A stretch of 64,000 nt of DNA from Balanoglossus misakiensis (Eukaryota > Animalia > Hemichordata), in contig CM082585.2 in assembly GCA_040954595.2 (NCBI GenBank), positions 12,278,027 through 12,342,026 of the forward strand, given 5' to 3'. Positions 30,401 to 43,557 of this stretch are shown here, piece by piece. The translations under genes were made by a program, and so were the position numbers. Numbering within the stretch: the stretch's first letter is position 1; every line of letters begins with the position of its first letter. The notes beneath the pieces are model-generated. The model saw only the letters and a program-made list of their open reading frames with translations. It was not told the origin of the DNA and did not search any database.

Positions 30401-33400
30401 CAGCTCTCAGTGTGTATAGCTTCATTTTCCTGTTAGCCTATTCAGAGTCAGCTGATGTGTTAAATTAAAATCTGAAGGTCGATCGCCAAGCGTGATGGCA
30501 TCTATTCACAACCAGCCACTTCCTTGTCAATGATGATCACATTCAGGGGATAATTTCCGCTGAGGTCTGAGTTGTCAAGAAGTTTCATTTCTCATTCTAG
30601 CTGCCTCTGTCAAAGTTGGAAGGGATAAAGCTCAACAGCTGTCCACACTTTGGTTCTTTCTAGTTTCATTTTAATGGCAGAATGCTGAACAAGGGGTTTT
30701 CCAAATCTCCTATTTCCTGTATTCTCATTTGCCAAACTGCAGCAGCGAGCAACCAGAGGTTCATTCTATCATAGACAGCAGAGGGGAAGAAAAACCAATG
30801 GGCATGAGTTACTAATTATGTACACACAACTAATGCCATGCACATGACTTCTTTGTAAGTACACAGGTTATTGGGGGGAAAAACACATTGAATAACTACT
30901 AATATTACAGTAATTACAAAAATGAAAATCTACTAAGAAGTATAACAGTACGTAATAGCTATCACAAGACATTTATGATAGAAATGATTAGTTTCAATAT
31001 ACCGTACATGCACTAATGCCAAAGGTTATTTGAAATATCAAAGTATTTATTAAACTATTTCAAGGGTCAAGTAGTGACTTCCTCTGTACTGATCCATGTA
31101 CCATATCAAGAGATAATTCAGTTCTGTTTATTTATGCCATGGTCACTCAGCATTTGATGGCCACTGGGAGTGACTGTTTATGCCTAATTGATCATTCTGA
31201 CATAGCTATAGTTCTGGTATGGACCCACGGAACTGTACATGTATAACCAAGTGTCCAGCCACATTTTTCATTGGCTGATCAGGTACAGGTGCAACATGGG
31301 TCAAGGGAATACACTTTTTGTAAACACCAAAATGGATAAGCTTAACAAGGATACAATAGTTGATCTGCCTTCAGAGATACAAGGCCATAACTCATAAGAA
31401 AACCACAGGGGCATCAAATGTATAAAACAAACAAAGAAATAAAATAACCACAAACAGAAGAATGACTGATATGCTTCTTTGCGTTAATTAATGCTTCCAC
31501 TATATATAAAATATATCACAATAGACCACTTGCATTTCTTTTCAAGACCACCTGTATCAATACTGATTCACATCTCAAGATGGCTATGACTACAGCCTCA
31601 AACATATATTGCTTTCAGAGACTATCCAATCTAACTCTTTTCTTAATTCTTTTCTTTGTTCTTCCATTGCAGATTTATCTATTAGCAGCACAACCCAACA
31701 AAGCAGTACTAATTATATTTCGCTTGCATCTATCCATGTTAAGTGGTGCCCTATTAGCTATCCTATTTCCTGTTGTCAATACAAGATTGGTAAGTGACAC
31801 TTTATGTATTTGTGATTATTAGCCTTTGAATTAATCCCTTTCGTTGTACTCCAGCCATGATTAGCCATCAGCCATGGTTAGCCATCAGATCTCCAGCCAT
31901 GATTAGCCGTCAGCCATGATTAGCCGTCAGATCTCCAGCCATGATTAGCCGTCAGCCATGATTAGCCGTCAGATCTCCAGCCATGATTAGCCGTCAGATC
32001 TCCAGCCATGGTTAGCCGTCAGATCTCCAGCCATGATTAGCCATCAGATCTCCAGCCATGATTAGCCGTCAGCCAAGATTAGCTGTCAGATCTCCAGCCA
32101 TGATTAGCCGTCAGATCTCCAGCCATGATTAGCCGTCAGCCATGATTAGCCGTCAGATGTCCAGCCATGATTAGCCGTCAGATCTCCAGCCATGATTAGC
32201 CATCAGCCATGATTAGCCGTTAGATCTCCAGCCATGATTAGCCGTCAGCCATGATTAGCCGTCAGATCTCCAGCCATGATTAGCCGTCAGATCTCCAGCC
32301 ATGACTAGCCGTCAGATCTCCAGCCATGATTAGCCATCAGCCATGATTAGCCGTAAGATCTCCAGCCATGATTAGCCGTCAGATGTCCAGCCATGATTAG
32401 CCGTCAGATCTCCAGCCATGATTAGCCATCAGCCATGATTAGCCGTCAGATCTCCAGCCATGATTAGCCGTCAGCCATGATTAGCCGTCAGATCTCCAGC
32501 CATGATTAGCCGTCAGATCTCCAGCCATGATTAGCCATCAGCCATGATTAGCCGTAAGATCTCCAGCCATGATTAGCCGTCAGCCATGATTAGCCGTCAG
32601 ATCTCCAGCCATGATTAGCCGTCAGATCTCCAGCCATGACTAGCCGTCAGATCTCCAGCCATGATTAGCCATCAGCCATGATTAGCCGTAAGATCTCCAG
32701 CCATGATTAGCCGTCAGATCTCCAGCCATGATTAGCCGTCAGATCTCCAGCCATGATTAGCCATCAGCCATGATTAGCCGTCAGATCTCCAGCCATGATT
32801 AGCCGTCAGCCATGATTAGCCGTCAGATCTCCAGCCATGATTAGCCGTCAGATCTCCAGCCATGGTTAGCCGTCAGATCTCCAGCCATGATTAGCCATCA
32901 GATCTCCAGCCATGATTAGCCGTCAGCCAAGATTAGCTGTCAGATCTCCAGCCATGATTAGCCGTCAGATCTCCAGCCATGATTAGCCGTCAGCCATGAT
33001 TAGCCGTCAGATGTCCAGCCATGATTAGCCGTCAGATCTCCAGCCATGATTAGCCATCAGCCATGATTAGCCGTCAGATCTCCAGCCATGATTAGCCGTC
33101 AGCCATGATTAGCCGTCAGATCTCCAGCCATGATTAGCCGTCAGATCTCCAGCCATGACTAGCCGTCAGATCTCCAGCCATGATTAGCCATCAGCCATGA
33201 TTAGCCGTAAGATCTCCAGCCATGATTAGCCGTCAGATCTCCAGCCATGATTAGCCGTCAGATCTCCAGCCATGATTAGCCGTCAGATCTCCAGCCATGA
33301 TTAGCCGTCAGCCATGATTAGCCGTCAGATCTCCAGCCATGATTAGCCGTCAGATCTCCAGCCATGATTAGCCATCAGCCATGATTAGCCGTAAGATCTC

Positions 33401-36400
33401 CAGCCATGATTAGCCGTCAGATCTCCAGCCATGGAGAACACCTGAATAGTTATTAATAACAAAAAAAGTGTATCAGAAGTTAGCAGCTGATATCTCTGCC
33501 ACATACTTCAGCATTTCTATTCTAAGTTCTACTAAAAATATAACGGCAACATATAGCCATTAAGAGGATGTGATGGCTGAAGACATTGCAAGACAGAAAC
33601 TGCATTTAGACAGCCCTGCTGTAATTCAATTTATCTCTAGTAGTACTGTGGGAAATTTCAGTTAATGAAAAAGGTGCCTGATACAGCACCTCAAGAGGTT
33701 TGACACAAAATTTTCCCAAAGCGATCGAGAGTAACTTATTTTGTAGCTCTGATACTGGTTCATGCGTTTCCATGGATACTCGCCACCAGTAATAGATTGA
33801 GAATCAGACAAGTGCGTCTAACGCTGTATTTCTTGTGGAAGGACTGACACACATTAACATAGATGTAGATGATATCACCACTCTGTACTTTCCAATACTC
33901 AGAGCCTCGCCATAGAAACACAAGTCACTGAAAGTATCTAGTTTTCCCTCCTTGAACCCAAGATGAACACATCAGCCATTTTGTGAGTTTGCATTCAATT
34001 TGAGTGATAGAGAGCATTTGATTGACATGCAGTGTTCTGTATTCATGGAGATATGTTTTCATTAGTGTCACGTCCAACTGCAGTGCGTGGTTTATTCAGC
34101 TCTGCATACACTCACCATTATTTGCTTTGTGTTGTCTCCAGAATTTGAATGCACTAATGACACCCTCTTCACTGTTGCTTTCTACCTGCAAACCAGTATT
34201 GCAATCTGCAGATTTTTGTTGTTGCAATAAACACAATTGTTCTGATTGCTTCTAAAAGTTAGTCAACTCCGGTCATTTGCAAACAAAAATGGAAAAGTGC
34301 ATTCTGCAAATACAGTGCAAGAAAATACTGCTATAGTATTACTATTAGCCTGGGTAAACTTTGTAATGATTAATCTGTATAATAATTCTTCTTTCTCTCT
34401 ATTTGCAAACACAGCTGCCATTTGAAACAGAAGTATACTGGGTCCAACATATCCTGATTTATATAATAATTCCACCTTATCTAATGAAATGTGGAGGTAA
34501 GAATCATACAATGTTCAGATCTGTCAAAATGATAACATCCTCTTTTCTATGCATGCGTCTACATCTAGCTTGATCCCAAATTAACTTTCCCTTTTTTTCT
34601 CCCGCTGTCTTTTGCTTGTGCTTTCAATTTTGACAAAAATGTTGCTATTAAATCGATCACTCCTGGGATTTGGTTTTATGAATTGATTGTATCTTTCATT
34701 CACAGGTCAGATCATACTCATAAATTTCTTCTGTGTGTTTTGTATTCAGGAGATCTGCCAGAATGATATTCAGTTGGTTGTCATATTTATCATTAGGTTT
34801 AGTTATTTCAGGGTTGCTATGTGTGCTTTATAGCATATATTACATGGTATTTTATAGAAACTTAGGATGGTTTTAAACTTGCATAGCTGAACTCTGAGTA
34901 CAAGGACAGTTCAGCTTTGGTTGGGCGGTGTGTGTGTGTGTGTGTGTTACATTTAAGACCAACCAGAGACTCCTTTGCCATGGAGACTGTCAACCAAAAT
35001 GGAATACTGACAGTTTCCATGGCTACATGTACTCCCATCTCTCATCGCACCACTTTCATATTGTCCTTCCTTCCCAGCTGTTGCAGTGAAAAGAACATGT
35101 AAAAAAACAATGGTTTTTATCATTGGTTCAAGCATGCTGACTACAGCCATCATTGTTAAATAGCTATCTATTGTTGTTGTGAATTCACACAGCTGTGTCA
35201 GTCAAATTTAAATTGATATTTTATATTTGTAGCCGCAATATATAAGAGACATTTTTCCCAACTGTGTAGTAATATTGAATCAGTCATTATATGGTACTAC
35301 TGTTTTCTCCAATTACAAAGAAAATAGTTATCGTTTGCTTTGTTTTACTGTTACCGGGGCTATTTCAAATTTTCTTCCACAACATTCAACAAATGTGGTG
35401 AGGGTTGACCTTTATGCCTGAGATAACATGATCAAATCAGGAGCTGTCAAATGTATTGCTCTTTACAAAAGGTGAACACTATCTTGGCACGAATTAAAAT
35501 TTTAGATCTCATTGACAGCCTTTGTACACGCTGACTGGTGTCTTTCCTTGCTCATATTACTGACATAAGTTTAAAACATGTGGCCACATTCATGATCACA
35601 TTTCCCTGATATGTGAATCCAAATATAGATTTACTGTAAAAATTGTCTAAATATATCTTCAGTGCTTGAATGCAGTTTGCAGTATCAGAATAAAATGTAA
35701 CCTTGAACCATACCAAGTTACTTTTCAGTAATGCTAACGATTTAAGACATCTTGGTGTTTGACTGATATCTCCTGTTGTGCCGTGCGATCTTTAAGGTCA
35801 AAGAGATTTTCCATGGATTTCACTTTAACTCCATGGAGCATCTCCGTAATGTCTAAAAAGGACATAAATTTATCTCTTTGTGAGAGGATTCCTTAAATCA
35901 TACATATTGATTAATCCACCCTAAAAAATAAAATAGCAAAAGAGAAGCATAAATTTTAGCTTTTAAAATCTCCTACACAACTTACCATTAACTGTATGCT
36001 TTTCATATTTTTTTACATGGACGAATAATTCATTTTCCTTTTACTACAATACTTGATCAAATTAGGTTTAGTACATGTGTACACATGCTGTCATGCTAAA
36101 CACAATAATTCATAAAAATAATGCTTTAATTTTTATTGGAAGATTGTTGCAACACACAGCTAATTAATTGGCCAAATGTGATGTGCTGAATTATTAATGA
36201 TGCTGAAGTAATAAATGTTATCTTTTATATTTGTGTCTCGACAAGCAACATTTTTTTCATATAAAATGTTCAAGTAATGTCAGTGAACAGTATTTGAAGA
36301 AATAAGACCATATTTTATTGAAATTCTCATTCACGTGATACATATTTCATTTGGCTTTTAATATCCTATAAATTCGCTGTGATATTGTTATAAATTATGT

Positions 36401-38831
36401 CAAATCTAATACTCAAGTTTAGTTTTCTATTTTCCACAGATTTTGAAAAGCATTCTCAATAATAGGTGAAAGCTATTGTTTGAATACAACCTGAGTCAAT
36501 TAAAAGCATATTGTGTGAATAGGCACCACAGAAGAATACTTGTTTCTACATGTATACTCACTCCTGTATTTGTTTGTATGTACTGAATTCATGTGACTTT
36601 TCAGCAAGCATTTTCCACAGAACACAGCACATGACTTTTTATTCCAGAGTAAACCTATTATATGGATTTTTCACCTGGGGAAAAATAAATCAATGAAGTA
36701 TAGAGAATGTTGAAAGACTATTAAATAATGTATTTTCAGTTTAAAATATCTTTTAAAGTGCTACCATGATAATGTGTTTTCCCTGAAGGTATAATGATAA
36801 AATATTTGTATCGTACTGCCTCTGCCAGTGTTTGTATGATTTGACTTCAGTTTCTGAAAGTGGCACTCCCATTTTGCTGAATATGTTCAATCTTTCATCC
36901 CCCATTTATCTCTGTAGAGGTCCAATTTTACATCTGGACTGCGAGCCAATTTTCCACAATTTTAATTGAAAGGATACTGAACTCTCACAACTATACATAA
37001 ATATTTAAAAAATGGACGTGCCACTTGAAAATTAGGTGTATAATAATATTAATGGTAGTTTTCCAGTTCATTTTCTGTAAAAATCTATTCTTTGTGTTCT
37101 TGCTCTCCATCCAATCCTTTCCTTTGCCCATCCTTATTCCTTTAATGTTACCCTTCAGTTATTACATGTATTAGTTTACCCGTGCAAGTCTGCTTCTGTG
37201 CGTTTGTTTGCAGGTGCTTACACCCCCGAACCACTAACCGACGCTTGGTGGGTGGTCTGGAATCTCGGTGTGCTGTTTGCCTATCATTTTGTCCCATTGC
37301 ATGCCTTAGCCGTGGTAAGTAAAAAAAGAAATTCAGTGACCCAGGGGAACTGTCATGTCACCTGACATTAAATAAAAATGGTGATGTCACGTGACTGCAG
37401 CAGTTGTCACCTGATCTCTACATCCTTGCTCATCAGTTTCATTTCTCTCTTCTCTCTTTCTCTTGTCCCTCTGTTTCAACTCACAGGTGTTTTTGTGCTT
37501 GAGTCTTCAAGTGACTTTCATTGGTACATCTTAACAATTGGCTTCCTTATCTGGTATTGTTTTGTTCCATTACAGTTGCTTGGTATGGTAAGCAAAACCA
37601 TATCTACATTCTGCCTTTTTCTCTCATCCCAATCACACTTTGGTACCATCAGCCACTTGGCATCTTCCAACTTTACGCTGGATGGTGTTGCCACAGCAAC
37701 ACTCTCCAGCTTTGCCTCATCTGTAACAAATGTCCTGAAGCAACCGGGGAAAGTGGTTCTGTGAAATCCACAGTGTCATCACGCCATCATTCCCAATCAA
37801 AACAGCCACAATCAAATTTCATGTTCTGTTTATTAAAAGCCATTATCTATGTTGTCAAAACTGAGTGAGAAGTCTTTTAAAAATGGCAGCTCTAGCATTC
37901 ATGTTTTCGAGATTCTTAAGTTAAAACAGTTGACAGTGTGGTTTCCATCAACTATTAATCATTCTGACATTATAAAAAATGAATTAGTTGCAAGGTTAAA
38001 TGGCAATTAAGACGGAAACTTCAAAGAGGCCCGTCTGGGCTCATTAATTTCCGAAATAACACCTGTCATTTATGTTTTTCATTTCGGCAATCATCTTTGT
38101 GATTAATATTGGACAGATCCAAGCTTGAATTTTCATCTCCTTTGAAGATTTCAATAATTGCAGAAATCCATTCTTTTGGCTGTTTGGAAATTCTGAATTA
38201 TCCAGCTCACATCTTTTGTTAGATCAGCTTTCCATCACAACAACAGACTGCATGCTGTCTGTCTGCTGGTCCATATCTACATGTTATTACATGTTTCATG
38301 ACGCATTTCTTTTCGTTTTTTGCATGACTATTTCTTTTGCCAGAACAAACAAAAACTCACCATGTTTTAATAAGTGTAGAGACTTTATCACATGTCAAGT
38401 ATAGTCATGTGCAATCAACCCAACATCCTTTCAGGATGATCTGAAATTCATCTATGACATGCTATTGAAGAAAGTATAATCCCGCAAAAGACTTGTGCTT
38501 TCATTCTCTTTATGTTGGCCCTCTCTGATCTGCGCGTACAGTGCATGACTAAATGATCTATCTGTATTATACAGAGCCTGAAGAACACACATGCGTTTCA
38601 CTAAAATTGAAATGTTTTTCATCCTCTGTGCAGGCATTGGAAGTCAACTTAAACAACATGCTGTGTCCAGCACCTAGTGATCCCTTCTACGGCAGGTGGT
38701 ATCGCGTGGCAGCATTCACACACCAACATGCCATGATTCCACTGCACCACAAACTGTACACTGTCATCGTCAAGATATTTCTGCCAGTGTCCAGGTTAGA
38801 AGATGAAAAGCCATTTGACAAAAAAGGTTGA
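24499..38831 (+). CDS. TMEM164: transmembrane protein 164 (279 aa), with alternative exon 4a or 4b
   Basis: Exons 24499-24840, 31673-31789, 34415-34496, [37214-37314 or 37487-37587], 38634-38831 give 840 nt in frame. Motifs: [88 protein letters not shown]. Confidence 0.95.
28952..29045. mobile_element. TTAA-CCC MITE copy in reverse orientation (TMEM164 intron 1)
   Basis: TTAACCCTTTTACCACTATGGTCCAGTCCAAATCC...GGACCTCTATAGAGGGAACTGGGGGTGGAAGGGATAA is close to the reverse complement of 17282-17374. Confidence 0.7.
31849..33433. repeat. intronic minisatellite of interleaved 25-bp (AGATCTCCAGCCATGATTAGCCGTC) and 17-bp (AGCCATGATTAGCCGTC) units
   Basis: Directly visible tandem array of ~1.6 kb, starting ~60 nt after the TMEM164 exon 2 donor. 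Confidence 0.97.
37214..37314 (+). CDS. TMEM164: TMEM164 exon 4a (canonical-like; [34 protein letters not shown])
   Basis: tttgcag| acceptor and |gtaagt donor; 101 nt, phase 1 to 0. Confidence 0.9.
37487..37587 (+). CDS. TMEM164: TMEM164 exon 4b (duplicated alternative; [34 protein letters not shown])
   Basis: Long polypyrimidine tract with cacag| acceptor and |gtaagc donor; 101 nt, same phases as 4a, ungapped homology to 4a. Confidence 0.8.
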
Positions 38832-41184
38832 TTGAGTGAATACATGTATTTCTAGCTGATCTGTTTTCAATTTAATTCTGCTGCTGATTTCAGGGAAAGG
38901 TCTTTGCTGTGTGCAATAGATAAAACATACAGCATAAGAGATGTTTTGTTTACAATATTAATTTCAGATTCAGATTGCTTAGGAAATGAATTTAGGATGG
39001 TCTGTCATAGAGATAGCAAAGATAATTCAGTCATTCATGCAGGAAGTTTTATTTTGGAATACAATGCAAAACTGAAAGAGTTACAGTATTAATTTTGATT
39101 TTGTTTTATGCATCGACTGCAGTTTCTTGTTGTGCTCGCCACAAAATCCTGTTGAAATTTGCAAAGTACTTATGTTTATCTCGTCAACACTATGGTAGCA
39201 TCAATAACATTTACTTGGTGTAGGTTACTAGATATAACTGTGTTGACGAGTAAAGACTGGACGATTCAACATGATCCTGGGGTGACAACATGAAACTTCA
39301 ATTTGCACAAAACACTGAATAGTTATCCCAGGTGGCAGTTATTCCCCATTTTCACATTCTCCATTCACATAGTGGAATAATCCCGTTGTTTTCTAAAGTG
39401 TGGTTGGACCTATACACTTGGAAATAGGGGTGAAAGGATTAAGAAAGAGATAGAACTTAGTTTTACATTCCACAATGTCTTGCAAATTTTTTAGGAATGA
39501 ACAATTTACTCTCATGCATATATTTCACAATCGTACCCTATATTTGATCATAGCTTTAATACATTCAGTTTTAAATATCAAATGCACTGCCCCTAATATT
39601 GAAATTTCTCCTGTTCCAGGGTAGATACTTTGGCTGAGACAAGTGACATGTCTTATGCAATGTATTATATGTAATCAGCATTGGAAAGCAAATCCATTTT
39701 CTGTAAATAGGAATTTAAATGCTTCTTCAAACATTGGAGAATTGGACGGATTATATAGCAGGTGTTAGAAACATCTCTTTTCATGCATGTGACACCGTCA
39801 ACGTAATTAATCTGAATTTCAACTGCCGTTGCACACTCTAGAGTTGATCAACAAATTTCTTTAATTCAATATTCTAAAGGTGTTCAAATTGAATTTTTAA
39901 AACACTATTCGGAAAAGAGGAGAAAGTTGAAGTTCAAACAATGAATTGGCCCAACATTTTCTGTCTGATTGGTTATTTCTTAATTGATAATATCATTTAT
40001 TCATATTGGAACAGACATCTAGCTTGGATTGTCTGGGTAGCCAATTTTTGCTGCTGTACCTCTAGCCAGGCCATGATAATCCAGATTTCACTTTGAAGTA
40101 CATGTACATGTATGTACTTCCGCCAGCCGCAAAACTCTAGAGCTGCAGGTTTGATAGTATGGTAACTTGTAACTCATGAATTTTAAATGAGAATTTAATG
40201 TCAGAAACATGTTCTATTCAGAGATGCAGGATTTATGATGTAACTATGACTTGAACAGCACCATCTTGATTAAGAGTAGTGATACTTGCTGTCAATATAA
40301 TACAATTGGAGATATCAAAACTCCAGCATTTTAATCCAAGAAGCCTTGCAATATTCAACACCAGGTGGCGCTGCTCACCACTTGCGGTCTGACACACCAT
40401 TGCGATACAATATAATGAGTTTTGACATGATTTCTGAATATCTATGCAACATTCATTGGTGTCCAGAACATGATAATTCAAATCTTGAGAGTAAATATTG
40501 CAATATAGGATGTTTATGAATGTATAAAATTTGGATATATTTCTTCCTTTTATGACAATGCTCTCATTGTGACAATTTTAAAGTTTCCCAAGTGTGCTCA
40601 ATGTTGACATTTCAAGTTATACAGATAAATGGTTAATATTTTCAAGTGAATTATATGTATTAATTAATAATAATCACCTTGTCCAAGTACGCTTCATATT
40701 GAAGTTGGTTAACAGTTTTTCCCACGTATTGTTTTAGACATCTCACAGCTATGTAGCTGCTCATGCCGTGGTAATTATAACGATAGACTAATAAGTATTT
40801 GTACTGCATGTCTCCAACAGTGTTTTTTTACACCTGGCCACGAGGATTCTTGCAGAATCCAACTGACACTCTTTGACACGAAAAGCTGAGATAATCAGTC
40901 TTGCTATGTTTATCAAGGTTGTTAGAGGTTTTTCGCAATGGTAAAGACAGTGGCATTTTGTCAACTTTTGTATTTATTCATTTTGAATTTCAGCTACATA
41001 TAGATTGAAAGCTGGAATGTAGTTACTTATATTTGGGGAGGATGTATTGTCAGGGTGAGTAAAGGAAACTATCAGGGTCATTTTTGATGTAAGTTGTACA
41101 TAGATACTGTCACATCTTCTGACAGGTGTGGTAATGTTTGCTGAGTATATGATACTAGTAACATGTAGATATGGCAATTTCGCC

Positions 41185-41248
41185 TTAACCCTTTTACTAC
41201 CATGGTTCAGTCTAAACCCATTGTGTTCTATGGGGATAAAAGGGTTAA
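41185..41248. mobile_element. TTAA-CCC MITE copy, internally deleted (downstream of TMEM164 stop)
   Basis: TTAACCCTTTTACTACCATGGTTCAGTCTAAACCCATTGTGTTCTATGGGGATAAAAGGGTTAA. Confidence 0.7.
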
Positions 41249-43557
41249 TATACAGTTTATATGAGAATGGGGAAAATGTTTGAATGCTTTGATTTGTTTT
41301 CCTTACTTTAAGTTTAAAGGTTTCAGTTCAGGATAACCAATGCGATGAAACAAGTGGAATATTCCATTGTCCAGGGATAGACTGAACATACAGGTTGGCT
41401 AGGATTGAAGTGGAGACTAGACGAAGAGGAATTTTGATTTGAAAATGAATAGGAAAGAAGTGCTTAGTAAAACATGCATGCTGCAAAGATGAAGAAGAAT
41501 GTAATGTATAGATGTCACTATCTGATGTCCTCCAGTATGCCCTTTGGAGAAAAGCATCATGTCCTCTTGGACACTGTCACTACCATGGATTGGTCCCTGT
41601 CATCAGTAGATAGTTACTGTGTGCATAGCAGACATCTATTGGAATGTGCTAGATGCTTTGGATGTGTTCTGAAACCCATGTATAACACTGTCCATTTCTT
41701 GAATCTCTGTTAGCAAGGGGTTACATTTACTTTTTCCCCAAGCAGCAGCATTTTGTGTTATGTATATTGCCAATATATTTTGTGTGCTAAAATGTCAGTT
41801 GTATGTTGAAAGGATTTGGAGTAAAGTACAATGTAGATAGTCCAATTCAAGAGATAAGTTTTCCGATGCTGCCTTTAGTTATATTCAGCTCCATGTATTG
41901 AATTTTCTTGAAATGCTTGTGTCTGCATTCAATCCAATAGAACGCACATATAAATATTAGACCACTTGAACTTCATGCCTTGATTTATCTGATAATAATG
42001 GTTTGAACTTTGTTTGTGTGAATGCATAGAATTGTTGCAAAAATGTGCCGTGTCAATTTTCGGATGTGCCAAAACGTATTTAGAATTGGTACTTGAAATT
42101 CTGATTTGCCAGGGTTTTATCTCGGACAAGCATTAATTTTAGAAAATTCAATATGTAGAGTATTGTTGATATTTCCGCATTACAGTAAGTTAATTCTTTT
42201 AAGACATGTTCTGCCAATATTTGATTGTTGAATGTATGAAAGTGGCTTGCTTGTAAAAAGTCTTGGAAGTTTTGCAAGAAATGGGATTTTCTTTTTGTTT
42301 AGACTTTGAGCAATTTGTTGTAGTCTTTTCATCACCAGTCTCAACTAGTCGTTAGTCCCAACTAAGATATTTTCTTGTATGCTGAACCATGATGATACAC
42401 TATCTTGCTTTAAGCAGTATTATTGAAAACTGAATTCAAGTCAGGACTGGAATTTGTTTGTCAACAACAACAACAATGCCAGTTCCACTTCGAAGGGGTA
42501 TGCTTAAAAGCACAATAGCAAAGTTGGGTTAAGTTAAGATGATACACAGAACAGCGATGCTGAAAATGGCCTTAAGTTACAGCTCATGTCTCCTTAACAT
42601 ATTCTGATATATTTAACATGAGAACTATATTTGGTAGGGGAGGAGATATAGATTTTCATAATTTCAACGACATCAAATACTTCTCTTTCTCGGAGATAGA
42701 TTGTTTATGACAATTGGGACTTAAGATGTTCCTATTTATTCAGGTTGATAGAAATCCAAAAATGGTTTGTGTGGAGTGGTTATATTTTACCTTTCATGAA
42801 AAAGTATTACTCTAAATACTCAATATGTGCAATTGTTGAAGATATTTTGAATTATTTCTTTGCAAATGTTTGAAATCAAAGTAACTCTTACTGTTTTTAC
42901 AACACTCTGAATAGAGCAAGAATTTTGTTGGAGATATTTCTAGTTCAATTTATGAAATTATTTTTATTTTGAATTTTTGTGATTGGTATTTAGGTTGTCA
43001 TATCTTTAAATGATAGAAGAAATGCCAGAATATTAGAAAATTGACTTGAATTTTACAGGGTCACCGTTGTTTTTTTCCAGCAATGTTGAATCAGTCTCTA
43101 TATATGCACAATGCAGAATGGTTTTACCATTTTGCTGTATATAGGGGTGGCCACATTAGTTGGAATGAGAGTTTGTGGTTGTCATGGTGACCTAAAGCAT
43201 GTTCCTTGTTGAAAATTGTATAAAGTTGCAGTTGATTAGTTAATAAAGATTTTTAGACTTGATCACAAATGAATTGTCTGTAACAATCATACACACATAC
43301 ATATACATACAGACATACTCACACACACACACATACATACATACTTAGCAGATAATTGTACTATGGCTGTACAGTGAAGGTTTTACTGCAGAGGTAGATC
43401 AAATTTATTTCCAAACTTTCTTGAACTGACACAGGAATTGACCAATCAGAAGAAACCTTGCAAGACTACATGTACTTCTCATCTGCCTAGTCGGACTTAA
43501 TACATCTGGTATTTTATTGTTATGTACCGATACTTATTCATGGAAGCAATTTAAAAT

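Noticed and set aside
30530-30570. C/D-box snoRNA-like ATGATGA...CTGA in TMEM164 intron 1
   Set aside because: Only about 40 nt lie between the boxes, which is too short, and I could not recognise an rRNA-complementary guide.
35233-35330. Possible third copy of TMEM164 exon 4 (reads ...[11 protein letters not shown])
   Set aside because: The resemblance is only a few residues, the frame ends in TAG, and there is no donor at the 101-nt position; probably chance.
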